Of a stretch of 64,000 nt of DNA, positions 40,548 to 50,439 are shown piece by piece (the first letter of the stretch is position 1; each line of letters begins with the position of its first letter). Location: the NCBI GenBank assembly GCA_030704665.1, contig JAUYID010000009.1:163-64162 (forward strand). Direction: 5' to 3'. Both the position numbers and the translations under genes were made by a program. The notes beneath the pieces are model-generated. The model did not search any database, was not told the origin of the DNA, and saw only the letters and a program-made list of their open reading frames with translations. The DNA comes from a bacterium. Its GTDB lineage: Bacteria > Patescibacteriota > Microgenomatia > Woykebacterales > RBG-16-39-9b.

Positions 40548-40581
40548 TCTTTCCTCCGCGTGTCTCTGGCTTCACGCCAGG

Positions 40582-40812
40582 CTAATCGGCAAAGATTCGG
40601 TCCGCTCGCACCAGGAATAGCACAAGGGCTGCGAAGCCCAGTGCATAGGTACCAGCGGCGAGCGTGACGATCCGATCCTTGTTGCCTATCGTGTCTGAAG
40701 GCCAGCCCAGAAGGCCAAAGACGGCGTTCACCACAAGGGCCAGTCCGGCTACGACGACTATGAGCATGACTGTAGACACGTACTTCTGCAAGAAGTTGCT
40801 GGTGATTACCAT
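40582..40812 (-). CDS. Small 2-TM membrane protein
   Basis: Two hydrophobic helices; GAGAGG upstream; first gene after the long leader. Confidence 0.6.
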   Translation of the reverse strand: MVITSNFLQKYVSTVMLIVVVAGLALVVNAVFGLLGWPSDTIGNKDRIVTLAAGTYALGFAALVLFLVRADRIFAD

Positions 40813-41239
40813 TGCCTGGCCTCTCGTCCTCTGACCTTGCGATCAAGCTACTGCTTGCCGTTGCCGCGTCGCCTTCGGTCCTGAGTTACAAGTCGCTCGA
40901 GGCGTGCTTGCACCTTGGGCGTGGCGTTCCTGCGTATCTGCGCATCCGAACGCGCCGCCGGTTTCTTGGACCGAGAAAACACAAGTCTCATAGGTTTGCC
41001 GAAATCCTTTTGATTTCAAAGAGCTGGGTGGATACAAGAGCGCAAAGCTTGTGCTCCTGCTTAAGCAAACCAACCTTGCGGCTGACTTTCTTAAGAAAAT
41101 CAAAAAAGGCACCTGGTAACTGGTATCGATCTGTCCAAGACTTCAGGGCGGTTTTCGCAATGACAGTTCTACTTAAACATTCAATTCCAGTTACTAGATG
41201 CCTTATCTAAGTAACTACTATTCAGTTTTTAATAAAAGG

Positions 41240-41268
41240 ATTATAACAAAGTGTAAAAGAAAAGTCAA
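41240..41268 (-). promoter_or_regulatory. sigma70 promoter of the 39-41 kb insert
   Basis: TTGACT (41268-41263), 17 nt, TATAAT (41245-41240). Confidence 0.7.
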
Positions 41269-41284
41269 CTACTATGGGTCGTAG

Positions 41285-41983
41285 TTACTCTTTGGGGGTT
41301 TCTTCAGTACTCTCAGTGGCTTTCTCTTCTCCACCTTCGGCTGCTTCACCTTCTTCACCTTCACCTTTTTCGGCAATAGCCTCAACCGCTTCTGGGGAGA
41401 CCACTTCCTCTTCAACTTCTTCTTTCATTTCCGCGGTTTGGACGGAAACAATCACTTCTTCAGGATCGTTTTGAATAGCGACTTTTTCTTTGTCGGCTTT
41501 CAAATCCTTGACGTGAATTGCTTGTCCCACCTCTTCAAGTTTATCCACCGAAACTTCAAAATTGTGGGGAATGTCAGCTGGCAAACACTCAACTTCAACT
41601 TCGTTCAGGGTTTGTAGAATCAAACCGACACCGGATTTTTCCGCTGGTGACTCACCTGCCAAAACAACTGGAACGTTGGTGACAATTTTTTCCTTGAGGT
41701 TCACTTCGTGGAAGTCAATGTGAATAACCGAGTCACTCTTGGGATCACGCTGAACACGGTGAACCAGTACTGGGTGTGTCTTTGAACCAACCGCAAGTTC
41801 GACTAGGCCGGTTTCCCCGACCTGACGGAAAGTTTTCTGAAATTCCTTTTTATCAACCTGAAGAGCCTCAGACTTAATTTCTTTACCAAAGAGGTTGGCT
41901 GGAATAATTCCGCTAGCACGCAGCCTCTTTACTTTTTTACCCAGATCGGTTCTTTCTTGAACGGTTAGTTTTATTTTATCCAT
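41285..41983 (-). CDS. rplY: 50S ribosomal protein L25 (CTC/TL5 long form)
   Basis: GKKVKRLRASGIIPANLFG, QRDP...HIDF, LPADIP, acidic tail; ATG at 41983. Confidence 0.95.
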   Translation of the reverse strand: MDKIKLTVQERTDLGKKVKRLRASGIIPANLFGKEIKSEALQVDKKEFQKTFRQVGETGLVELAVGSKTHPVLVHRVQRDPKSDSVIHIDFHEVNLKEKIVTNVPVVLAGESPAEKSGVGLILQTLNEVEVECLPADIPHNFEVSVDKLEEVGQAIHVKDLKADKEKVAIQNDPEEVIVSVQTAEMKEEVEEEVVSPEAVEAIAEKGEGEEGEAAEGGEEKATESTEETPKE

Positions 41984-42059
41984 AGAAGAGTACTTATTAT
42001 CAACTATAAAAGGAGATCTTGCTAGAAGCAATTATATCCGGCTTGTCAATTGGTTGGTT

Positions 42060-42461
42060 TTAGTTAACTGAATCTGAGCCAAGGGAAACTCCTAGGTCAG
42101 TTTGGGCTTGGCGCGAGAAGCGCAGCGAGCGGTCCAGTCCGCGAATCGCGCTGGTTTTGAGTTTTTTTAACTCTTCTTTGATGTCCAGAACATCATCAGC
42201 GGTAATCGTTGAGTGCGGCAAATTTATTCGTGGGTTTTTAGCCTCCTGCTTCCTTTCGACCCCGTTGTGGCGAACCGCAGCCGCCAGCATCTGCTCCCGC
42301 TGACAATTGGGACAAACATAATGGGCAATCAGTGAATTTTTGTTTTCTGAGATGATCTCCAAAGACTTTGGGTCAAACGGAGCAGAACAAGTACAAACCC
42401 ATTCCTTACCAAACTGTTCCTCAAATTGTTTAACTAAACTTTTTTTCATTGCTAGCTTCAA
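42060..42461 (-). CDS. Hypothetical Zn-ribbon protein
   Basis: CTC...CPNC and ITADDVLDI; start uncertain. Confidence 0.65.
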   Translation of the reverse strand: MKLAMKKSLVKQFEEQFGKEWVCTCSAPFDPKSLEIISENKNSLIAHYVCPNCQREQMLAAAVRHNGVERKQEAKNPRINLPHSTITADDVLDIKEELKKLKTSAIRGLDRSLRFSRQAQTDLGVSLGSDSVN

Positions 42462-42480
42462 TTTAAGTATAGCACGGGCC

Positions 42481-44166
42481 TCAAGGAGCTGTCGAGGCAG
42501 AGGCCTCGATACTCTCTAAACTTGTTTTTAGTGCTTCAGACACAGAGCTAGCAAGAGCTGCAATTTTCTGATTGAGACTTTTTAATTTAACTGCCTCAAC
42601 CCCAAGACTGGGAGCCAGTTTGGAAGTTTTAACTTGATCCAAATTTGCCTCGGACAAATCCAAGTTCTGCTGGACCTCAACTAGAACTTGGCTTGTTTCA
42701 CTGAGCTTTTCTCGGCCTTTTTCTACTTCTCCACTCTTGGTCAGCTCGTCAGCATCGATAATATTTTTTACTGCTTGAGCGGTCAATTCAACCGCCGTGG
42801 CAGAATTTTCAGTCGCCAAAAGATACTGCTCGTTGGCTCGATAAGTAGTTGCCTGACCGCTAATTTGGAAAAGCCAACGAATATTGGTCAAGTTTTGGTC
42901 CGCCGCGCGAGTTTTCTCCTGAACTGTCTTGATCAGGTCAATCGTCGTGGTAGTCTTGTCCTGATCCAAATTCTCACTTGCTTTAAGGAGATTTTTGCTC
43001 GCTTCCCGACTGTTCCAAACAAAGCTAATGAAGGGAACAGCGGTCGTCAAAAGGACTAGTGCTAGCGAAGAGGAGAAAATCAGTAAGCGCAAATGAGACC
43101 GGTTTTTTCCCTTCTCTTCCTTTTTGTAGATTTTTTCAGCTGGGCTCGTTGGCGCAAGAGCCAAATCGACCATCTTGGCTGGTACACCACGGAAGGCTTG
43201 GAAAGTACTACTCAAACCTTCGGCTAAATTGACACGCGGGTGCCACTTCAGTTTTTCTTTACTCCCCTCAAGATCGATTGGAGCCGGTGGCAGTTCAACA
43301 CTGCTTGAAGCTTTGCTATGCTCAATTTCTAAATCCCCTGCTACCAAGCGCAAAGTCTCGGCCAAACCTAAGGCGGTTGTTTTTTCCGGATCGATGAGGT
43401 TAAAAATCTCCCCTTTAAAGTCTCCGGTAGCAATTTTGATCAAACCAAAAACCACGTCAGAAACGAAAGTTGGGTTTAAAGTGGTCAGCCCATCTCCCAC
43501 GATGAGCAGCTTCTCACCCTCTTTGGCCGAAGCAATCAAGCTGGTCAGCTCCCCTTCTCCTTCCAAATTCATCCGTGGACCATAAACATCAAGGACACGA
43601 GCGATAGATGCTTCCAAAGAATAGTTTTTATAAAATTCGACCGTCAGAGCTTCGGCAAAGCGCTTGGCTTCGTGTTGGCTCATAATTGCTTCTTGCTTGC
43701 CCTCGCCAAAATAAATTTTTAGTGAACTAGAAGAAAAACTGCCTTGGTAAATATCGGCCGAGGAAACCAAGATAAACTTAGCTTTGTATTTTTTGGCTGT
43801 TTCCAGGAGATTGCGGGTGCCACTGGAGTTAACGAGCAGAGTTTCCAGAGAAAACTTTTGGTTTTGGCTTTGAGCTTCAAGGGAAGCCAAGTGGAAAATG
43901 ACGTCCAAACCCTCTACCCCTTCGAGAAAATCCAAGGGGTGGGTGATATCAGCTTCGATGAAATGGAAGTTCGGGTTGACCAGAAGGTCCTTGATGGTTT
44001 CTTTACTTCCCGTACTGAGATTGTCAGCGCAAAAAACTCGCCAGTTTTGATTTAACAAAGCTTCGCAGAGATGCGAGCCAATGAAACCGGCTCCCCCTGC
44101 CACCAGAGCAGTTTGAGTGTTTTCTTTTGAGAATTCTGGTTTTTCTTTTTTGGGTTCGGCAGTCAT
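42481..44166 (-). CDS. NAD-dependent epimerase/dehydratase (UDP-glucuronate decarboxylase-like) fused to a TM helix and helical domain
   Basis: AGGAGFIGSHL, DNLSTG, FHLAS, YGPRM, FVSDVV; TM near aa 360 then helical repeats. Confidence 0.85.
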   Translation of the reverse strand: MTAEPKKEKPEFSKENTQTALVAGGAGFIGSHLCEALLNQNWRVFCADNLSTGSKETIKDLLVNPNFHFIEADITHPLDFLEGVEGLDVIFHLASLEAQSQNQKFSLETLLVNSSGTRNLLETAKKYKAKFILVSSADIYQGSFSSSSLKIYFGEGKQEAIMSQHEAKRFAEALTVEFYKNYSLEASIARVLDVYGPRMNLEGEGELTSLIASAKEGEKLLIVGDGLTTLNPTFVSDVVFGLIKIATGDFKGEIFNLIDPEKTTALGLAETLRLVAGDLEIEHSKASSSVELPPAPIDLEGSKEKLKWHPRVNLAEGLSSTFQAFRGVPAKMVDLALAPTSPAEKIYKKEEKGKNRSHLRLLIFSSSLALVLLTTAVPFISFVWNSREASKNLLKASENLDQDKTTTTIDLIKTVQEKTRAADQNLTNIRWLFQISGQATTYRANEQYLLATENSATAVELTAQAVKNIIDADELTKSGEVEKGREKLSETSQVLVEVQQNLDLSEANLDQVKTSKLAPSLGVEAVKLKSLNQKIAALASSVSEALKTSLESIEASASTAP

Positions 44167-44224
44167 TTTTTTGTTGCTAACTTCAGGCCATTTTAGTGAA
44201 AAACTTTTTTCTGCGCAACAACTA

Positions 44225-44671
44225 TTATTCTATCTCTTTAGAGAAGTCTTGTCTTGAGTCCAAGGTGAGGTTTACTGCCCGATCAGCCTGGTAGTTTTTC
44301 TCTCTCGGTACGTGAGTATACGAAACCTGTGTAAATTTTCCTTCCAGTTCTCGTATTTGCTCGACCAAAGGACCTAGATTGGGGGCCTTGATTTTGAAGA
44401 GCCCATTCAACTGCTGAACCACTAGATTCGAATCTAAAAAGAACTCAACCTGAGCTCTTCCTGGTTCAGCAAAGTTAAGGGCCTGTTTCAAACCCAAAAT
44501 CACACCTTGATATTCGGCGTAATTGTTGGTATTAATCCCTAAATATTTACCGCACAATAACCGCAGTTTTTCCGCAGGAATTTCCAAAAAAACTCCGGCT
44601 GCAGCTGGGCCCGGGTTACCCCGTGCACCCCCGTCGGAAAATATCGTTATCCTTTTGGGACTGACAACCAT
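44225..44671 (-). CDS. rnhA: Ribonuclease HI family protein
   Basis: DGGARGNPGPA, TNNYAEY, DSNLVVQQ, HVPREKN.QAD. Confidence 0.92.
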   Translation of the reverse strand: MVVSPKRITIFSDGGARGNPGPAAAGVFLEIPAEKLRLLCGKYLGINTNNYAEYQGVILGLKQALNFAEPGRAQVEFFLDSNLVVQQLNGLFKIKAPNLGPLVEQIRELEGKFTQVSYTHVPREKNYQADRAVNLTLDSRQDFSKEIE

Positions 44672-45130
44672 TTAATTCTTGGTGGTAATGACAATATGGC
44701 GCTCTGCGCCTTCGTCCTGGGAAACTGCTTCCAAATCAGAGTCTTCTGAAAAGAGAAGGTGGACAAAGCGTCTTTGTGAAGCTGGCATTGGTGGTAAACT
44801 GGCGGGTTGGCCAGTTTCTTTTACTTTAGTAGTGGCCTGCTCTACCAAACTACGCAGAGCTTCCTCTCTTTCGCCCTTCCAACCCCCAACGTCAAGGTCC
44901 ACATGCAGCCACTCTTCGGGCGCTAGTTTTTTATTGACCACTAAACTAAGGAGCAGCTGTAGTGATTCCAGCGTTTCACCGTGAAAGCCAATGAGAATTC
45001 CTAAATTTTCCCCGAGAATTTTTACAACAACCCGATCGCTTTGCTTCTCTACCTCCAAATCGGCTTGGATACCGAGGTTACCAACAAATTCAGAGGCGAT
45101 GTCTTTTATTTTTTGTTCCAAACTATCCAT
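44672..45130 (-). CDS. jag: Jag/KhpB RNA-binding protein (KH + R3H)
   Basis: LIGFHGETLESLQ, PMPASQRRFVH; ATG at 45130. Confidence 0.88.
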   Translation of the reverse strand: MDSLEQKIKDIASEFVGNLGIQADLEVEKQSDRVVVKILGENLGILIGFHGETLESLQLLLSLVVNKKLAPEEWLHVDLDVGGWKGEREEALRSLVEQATTKVKETGQPASLPPMPASQRRFVHLLFSEDSDLEAVSQDEGAERHIVITTKN

Positions 45131-45834
45131 GACTTTAGGCCTCCCCATCCGGCAATATAGTATTGCTGGAATATACCAAAAACCGTACTGACAAGCCAGT
45201 AGAGAAAGATTCCCGCTGGTAAAACGTTGGCCCACAAAAGTAAGAAGGCGGGGAAAAGATAGACGAGCTGACCCTGACTCGCCTGCAAGGCTTCAGCAAA
45301 ATCCTTTTTTTCTGCCTTTTCTTCCTTAGAGTCTTCTTTGTGGGTTTTGACTGGCTCGGGCAAAGTCATTTTTGCTTGCAGCAAAGTTGCCACCGCGGTC
45401 AGAGCTACCAACAAGCCGGGCAATTTAAAGGGAACGCCTTGCACGGTCCAAGTATCAAAGCGGGCTAAATCAAAATAGAGAAAGTGGGTTTCGACCCCAG
45501 CTTTGAGGATATGTTGCAAACTTGTAAAAAGCAGAAAGGCGATGGCAATTTGAACTAAAGGAGCCAGACAACCAGTAGCGGGGTTGAGCCCGGCCTCACG
45601 GTAGAGTTTAGTTTGCTCTTCCATGTGTTTAGCTTTGTTGTGACCATGTTTTTTCTTAATCTCATCAAGTTTGGGCTTAAGATCCCGCATTTTTTGGGTA
45701 TAGCTCAAACTACTTTTCAAAAAAGGGTGGAAAACAGCTCTCGAAACAATACCAATGAAAATGATCGTCAAGCCGAGGTTGTTAAAAAGAATTTTGTTTA
45801 TTGCTAGTAGTAAATCTACAAAAAGATTAATCAT
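45106..45834 (-). CDS. yidC: Membrane protein insertase YidC/Oxa1
   Basis: [34 protein letters not shown]. Confidence 0.92.
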   Translation of the reverse strand: MINLFVDLLLAINKILFNNLGLTIIFIGIVSRAVFHPFLKSSLSYTQKMRDLKPKLDEIKKKHGHNKAKHMEEQTKLYREAGLNPATGCLAPLVQIAIAFLLFTSLQHILKAGVETHFLYFDLARFDTWTVQGVPFKLPGLLVALTAVATLLQAKMTLPEPVKTHKEDSKEEKAEKKDFAEALQASQGQLVYLFPAFLLLWANVLPAGIFLYWLVSTVFGIFQQYYIAGWGGLKSWIVWNKK

Positions 45835-46067
45835 TTGACTGGGTCAAAACCCCCTTTCGAAAATGGGTTACAAGAAAGAATTCTTTTTGAACCCAAAAAA
45901 GTTCCTCTTATGATACCATACTTATCAATTGCTTCATAAGTATACTGGGAGCAACTTGGGTAATAGCGGCAAACTTTCTTTCCCCCCATCAAAACTTTCA
46001 GCATTCCAGTATCAAAGGAGAGATATTTTTGGTAAAACCTGATGCAAACTAGTGCGAATTTCCTCAT
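45831..46067 (-). CDS. yidD: Membrane protein insertion efficiency factor YidD
   Basis: [31 protein letters not shown]; ATG at 46067. Confidence 0.93.
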   Translation of the reverse strand: MRKFALVCIRFYQKYLSFDTGMLKVLMGGKKVCRYYPSCSQYTYEAIDKYGIIRGTFLGSKRILSCNPFSKGGFDPVK

Positions 46068-46347
46068 AACTAGACTCAATAATAGTCGGATAGCCAATAA
46101 AAATAAAGTCAAAACCAGAAGGAAGGTCTCCAATTTTTTCCTGGACCGCCTCGGTCAGTCTCCTCTTGGCGAGATTCCTTTTGCTCGCCTTACCCAGCTT
46201 GCCGGTCAACAAAAAACCAAATCGAGAGGCGGCCAATTTGTTCTTTTTGACGAGAATTTTGAACAGCTTGGTCGAAAACTCCCGATCAGAATAGCGGTAA
46301 CGCCATTTGGCCTGCGCTAAATTTAGTCTTTGTTCTGAAGGCAACAT
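46012..46347 (-). CDS. rnpA: Ribonuclease P protein component
   Basis: [25 protein letters not shown]; position in the rpmH-rnpA-yidD-yidC-jag operon. Confidence 0.9.
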   Translation of the reverse strand: MLPSEQRLNLAQAKWRYRYSDREFSTKLFKILVKKNKLAASRFGFLLTGKLGKASKRNLAKRRLTEAVQEKIGDLPSGFDFIFIGYPTIIESSYEEIRTSLHQVLPKISLL

Positions 46348-46348
46348 T

Positions 46349-46486
46349 TTAGAGGGAAAGCTTTTTTCTCTTTGAGGAGCGACGTGCCTTGATGATGGCT
46401 CGACCAGTGCGCGTGGCCATGCGGGCCAAAAAGCCGTGCTTGCGAGCTCTTTTTACTTTTTTGGGTTGATAAGTTCTTTTTGGCAT
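46349..46486 (-). CDS. rpmH: 50S ribosomal protein L34
   Basis: Manual translation [45 protein letters not shown]. Confidence 0.96.
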   Translation of the reverse strand: MPKRTYQPKKVKRARKHGFLARMATRTGRAIIKARRSSKRKKLSL

Positions 46487-46496
46487 TTCGGGGCTT

Positions 46497-46610
46497 AGTA
46501 TACTGAGAGAAAGAATTAGTGTCAACTTTGCTTAAATTTTCTGAGACAAAAATTATATAGAAAGCAATAGTTTTATTGTCTTGCCAACCTTTGTTTCCGG
46601 CGCCTATGAT
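46497..46610. promoter_or_regulatory. Divergent rpmH and dnaA promoters
   Basis: Minus: TTGACA (46525-46520), 17 nt, TATACT (46502-46497). Plus: TTGCCA (46581), 18 nt, TATGAT (46605-46610). Confidence 0.6.
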
Positions 46611-46685
46611 AGTAGAACTTTTGAGGGCTTCCCTTTCTTAGGGTGAATTTCAAAATTTAAATCTAGCCTCTGCCTAAAGGAACTA

Positions 46686-48059
46686 ATGGATCAACACCGT
46701 GTTTGGGAATCAGTTCTCGCCGAACTGAGGATAAATCTTTCTAGTGCCAACTATCAAACTTGGTTCAGGGGGAAGACGCAAATTCTTGCCATCAATGAGC
46801 GCCTAGTAGAAATTGGCTGCCAAAGCTCTTTCGTTCGGGACTGGCTTGAACAGAGATATTACGAGCAAATCAAGGTTTCCCTGGAAAGATTACTCGAGAA
46901 AAACGTCAATTTAGTTTTCAGTGTCAGCCCTCTGACTGATGTGGTGGCAGTCAAAGGCAAAGCAAAACTTTCTGATTCTGAACCGCCTCTTTTTACCTCG
47001 AACAAAAACTTGGACAAAGAAGAGCAGGAACGGGTAGCTCAGGCTGGGCTCAACCCCAATTATACTTTTGCAAACTTCGTCGTGGGCGGCAGCAACCAGC
47101 TTGCCTATGCAGTGGCGGAGGCGATCAGCAAAAAACCAGGGTCGGAATACAACCCTTATTTTATCTACGGCGGGGTCGGGGTCGGCAAGACCCACTTGAT
47201 GCAGGCAATCGGTGGTGCAGTTTTGGCAACCAAGCCTGGCCTTAGAGTTTTTTACTGCACAGCAGAACGATTCACCAACGAGTTGATTGAGTCGATTCAA
47301 ATGCGGAAAACCGCCGCTTTCCGAAATCGTTATCGCAGTATTGACCTTTTGATGATTGATGATGTCCAGTTCATCGCGGGAAGAGAAAGCACTCAGGAAG
47401 AGTTTTTCCACACCTTTAACGCGCTCTATTCAAACGGCAAGCAAGTCGTTCTGACTTCTGACCGACCTCCCGCGGAAATAAAAAAGCTTGAAGAGCGGCT
47501 GCGCAGCCGCTTTGAAGGGGGAATGATTTCTGACATCCAAAGCCCTGATGTTGACTTGAAAGAAGCGATTCTGCTCTCCAAGTGCCGCCTCCAAAACCAG
47601 GAGATTCCCGCAGAAGTCCTCCACTTTCTGGCGTTGGCCAGCGCGGGTAGTGTTCGGGATCTTGAGGGTTGTTTGGTCCGGCTAATTACCCGCTCAAAAA
47701 TGAGCGGGGAAGCTTACAGTCTCGAACTAGCGAAAAAAATTGTTGGCGACAAGATTGTTGAGCGCCGCCCCAACTCGGCGCGGAAGGTAGTCGAGCTGGT
47801 AGCTAGCTTCTTCGACGTCAAACAAGGGGATCTCAAAGGCTCAAGCCGGCAAGCACGTTTTGTTTTACCGCGACAGATTGCCATGTATCTTCTGCGCAAG
47901 GATCTAGGGTTGCCTTTAGAAAAGGTTGCTGAAATCCTAGGGAAAAAAGACCACACGACCGTAATTCACGGTGTGGACAAAGTAGAAAAGAATGTGGTTA
48001 ACTCAGAGATGTTAGCTTCTTGGCTGCGCCAGCTCCGCGAACAACTCTCTGACGGCTAA
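46686..48059 (+). CDS. dnaA: Chromosomal replication initiator DnaA
   Basis: YNPYFIYGGVGVGKTHL, IDDVQF, QEEFFHTFN, RLRSRF, KDHTTVIH. Confidence 0.98.
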   Translation: MDQHRVWESVLAELRINLSSANYQTWFRGKTQILAINERLVEIGCQSSFVRDWLEQRYYEQIKVSLERLLEKNVNLVFSVSPLTDVVAVKGKAKLSDSEPPLFTSNKNLDKEEQERVAQAGLNPNYTFANFVVGGSNQLAYAVAEAISKKPGSEYNPYFIYGGVGVGKTHLMQAIGGAVLATKPGLRVFYCTAERFTNELIESIQMRKTAAFRNRYRSIDLLMIDDVQFIAGRESTQEEFFHTFNALYSNGKQVVLTSDRPPAEIKKLEERLRSRFEGGMISDIQSPDVDLKEAILLSKCRLQNQEIPAEVLHFLALASAGSVRDLEGCLVRLITRSKMSGEAYSLELAKKIVGDKIVERRPNSARKVVELVASFFDVKQGDLKGSSRQARFVLPRQIAMYLLRKDLGLPLEKVAEILGKKDHTTVIHGVDKVEKNVVNSEMLASWLRQLREQLSDG

Positions 48060-48238
48060 GAGACTTTTGTACTGTTTCTGTCCACAAAACTGTTCACAAA
48101 AAGCGTCTTTGTTTTGCACACCAATCCGGCTAAGGCTAGCAAGCGTCTGGTAGCACGCCTGCTTGCTGGGTTTTTTCAACAAAACCACACTAACTAATAT
48201 AACTACTAATTAAGTTGTTTAATAATTATTAATAGTAG
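48060..48238. other. Probable replication origin oriC
   Basis: dnaA-dnaN intergenic region; DnaA-box-like CTGTCCACA (48078) and CTGTTCACA (48090), TGTGGACAA in the dnaA 3' end, AT-rich unwinding tract about 48190-48238. Confidence 0.75.
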
Positions 48239-49345
48239 ATGAAAACCACCATTTTAAAAGAAGATTTGGCAAAAGCGCTCAACTTGGTTTCTCGAATTGT
48301 TTCTCCCAGACCAAGCTTGCCAGTGTTAAATAACGTTTTGCTCTCAGTAACCAAAGAGGGTGTTACTTTATCAGCCACCAACCTAGAAACCTCAATAAAA
48401 GTTAAAGCTCCGGCCAAAACAAGTTTGGAGGGATCAACCACAGTTCCGGCCAAGGTCTTCGGAGAGTTTATCAATAGTCTAAAGGAAGAAAAGCTGGACC
48501 TGGTTTTGGAAAAGGAGAACCTTGAGGTAGTCGGTGAAGCCACCAAAGCACAACTGGCGACAATTAATCCTTTGGAGTTTCCCGCCTTGCCGGAAATAAG
48601 GAAAGAAGAAACCGAAGTGTTGGAAAGCGCCGAGTTGGTTGAGGCAATTAACCAGGTGGTTTTTGCTGCCTCTGTTGATGAAGCCAGACCGATCCTGACT
48701 GGTGTTTTGCTCCGAGAAGAAAAGGGAGGCTTACTTTTTGTTGCCACCGATGGCTATCGGTTAGCAAAAAAGGAAACGAAAATTAAAACTAACTTAAAGG
48801 AGATGGTCGTACCGGCTAAGTCTTTACTAGAAGTTGCCAAGCTCATTACCGAGATGGGTGAGGAGGAAATCAGGTTGGGGCTTTTGGGAGAGAAAAACCA
48901 AGTGGTCTTTGTGGGCAACAACTTCGAGCTCTCTACCCGAGTTTTGGATGGGGCTTTTCCCAACTTCGAGCAAATTGTTCCCAAAAAGCTTATTCTGGAA
49001 ACAAAGCTGGACCGGGAGGGCCTCAGCGAGGCGGTCCGCCAAACAGCGGTTCTAGCCAAGGATTTAGGTAGTGTAGTCCAGATCGAAGCAAAACCGGGTA
49101 AGGAAATAGTCTTGAGCGCCAAGACCGCACAGCTTGGTCAAGCTACTACCAGACTGAGCGGCGAGGTCAGCGGGGAGGCAGTAAGCGTGGCCTTAAACTC
49201 AAGGTTTTTGTTGGAGGGTCTGTCCAACTTTAAAGCAAAGGAGATAAGCTTTGACCTTAGTGGAGCAACTAGCCCGGCGCTGCTTTCCGACAAAAAAGAC
49301 CCAAGCTTTATCTACATTGTCATGCCGGTTCGGGTCCAAGGTTAA
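48239..49345 (+). CDS. dnaN: DNA polymerase III beta sliding clamp
   Basis: LPVLNNVLL, ATNLE, RPILTGV, VATDGYRLA, FPNF, VMPVR. Confidence 0.97.
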   Translation: MKTTILKEDLAKALNLVSRIVSPRPSLPVLNNVLLSVTKEGVTLSATNLETSIKVKAPAKTSLEGSTTVPAKVFGEFINSLKEEKLDLVLEKENLEVVGEATKAQLATINPLEFPALPEIRKEETEVLESAELVEAINQVVFAASVDEARPILTGVLLREEKGGLLFVATDGYRLAKKETKIKTNLKEMVVPAKSLLEVAKLITEMGEEEIRLGLLGEKNQVVFVGNNFELSTRVLDGAFPNFEQIVPKKLILETKLDREGLSEAVRQTAVLAKDLGSVVQIEAKPGKEIVLSAKTAQLGQATTRLSGEVSGEAVSVALNSRFLLEGLSNFKAKEISFDLSGATSPALLSDKKDPSFIYIVMPVRVQG

Positions 49346-50439
49346 TGTTGGCCAGTCTTGAAATAACCAACTTCCGTAATCTCAAAAACTCTAAACTGGA
49401 GTTTGCCAAAACCTTAAACATTTTTTATGGGGACAACGCTCAGGGAAAAACCAATCTCCTCGAGGCGATTTTCCTAATTAGCACGGGTAAGTCCTTCAAA
49501 TCCGAAGTTGATCGGGAACTGATCGCCTGGGGACAAACCTCAGCCCGAGTCGTTGCTCAAGCACCACCTCTAGAGATAGAACTAACGATAAATGAGACAA
49601 ACAAAAGACTGCTCGTCAACCGCCAGAGCCGGCGTCTGATTGAGCTAGTGGGCGAGTTTTTAGTGGTTTTGTTTGCTCCCGAGGATTTAAGTCTGGTCTA
49701 CGGCGCCCCAAGTCAGAGAAGAGCTTGGATCAACAGCCTGATCTCTCGTGTCGATCGCAAGTACCTCTTTAATTTAGGTAAGTTTAACCAGGTAATCAAA
49801 AACCGCAATCGGGTCCTTCTCTCGCTAAACCAAGGAGGCAGCCCGGATCTAGGAGTTTGGGATGAACAGTTTATCAAACTCTCAGTCGATCTTTGGGTCA
49901 GCCGGCAAGAATATCTCGCTAAGGTGAACAGCTTTTTAAAACAAATTGCCCCGAAGCTCGGAGTCAGCAAAATTACCGTTGAGTACCATCCGCAACTTGC
50001 AGTCAAAGACGCAAAATCGTTAAAGGCAGTTTTGACCAAAGAGCTCGAAAAACGAAGAAGAGAGGAGGTAGCCCGCGCGCAGACTGTTTTGGGTCCCCAC
50101 CGCGACGACTTTAAACTCATTTTTGAACAAATTGAGAGCGAGAAGGTTTTGACCAAGGATGTTTCTGTCTTTGGTTCCCGCGGTGAGCAGAGAACCGGAG
50201 TGCTCAGCCTGAAACTAGCAGAAATTGAGCTGATTGAAATGATCAAAGGTAAAAGACCGACGTTACTTTTGGATGACGTTTTAAGTGAATTTGACAAAAA
50301 ACACCGAGAAATGATTCAAGGGTTGCTTTATCGCCAGCAAAGTTTTATTACCACTACCGCGACCGACCTGCTCGATAAAAAACTTTTGAGCAAGGCAAAA
50401 CTCTTTCAGCTTAAAACTGGGCAAGTTGAGGCTGGCTAA
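49345..50439 (+). CDS. recF: DNA replication and repair protein RecF
   Basis: NFRN, GDNAQGKTNLLEAI, GPHRDD, GSRGEQR, LLLDDVLSEFD. Confidence 0.95.
   Translation: MLASLEITNFRNLKNSKLEFAKTLNIFYGDNAQGKTNLLEAIFLISTGKSFKSEVDRELIAWGQTSARVVAQAPPLEIELTINETNKRLLVNRQSRRLIELVGEFLVVLFAPEDLSLVYGAPSQRRAWINSLISRVDRKYLFNLGKFNQVIKNRNRVLLSLNQGGSPDLGVWDEQFIKLSVDLWVSRQEYLAKVNSFLKQIAPKLGVSKITVEYHPQLAVKDAKSLKAVLTKELEKRRREEVARAQTVLGPHRDDFKLIFEQIESEKVLTKDVSVFGSRGEQRTGVLSLKLAEIELIEMIKGKRPTLLLDDVLSEFDKKHREMIQGLLYRQQSFITTTATDLLDKKLLSKAKLFQLKTGQVEAG

Noticed and set aside
40985-41005. c-di-GMP-I (GEMM) riboswitch suggested by GGCAAACC
   Set aside because: The following GNRA-capped P2 and GACGCAAAGC elements are missing.
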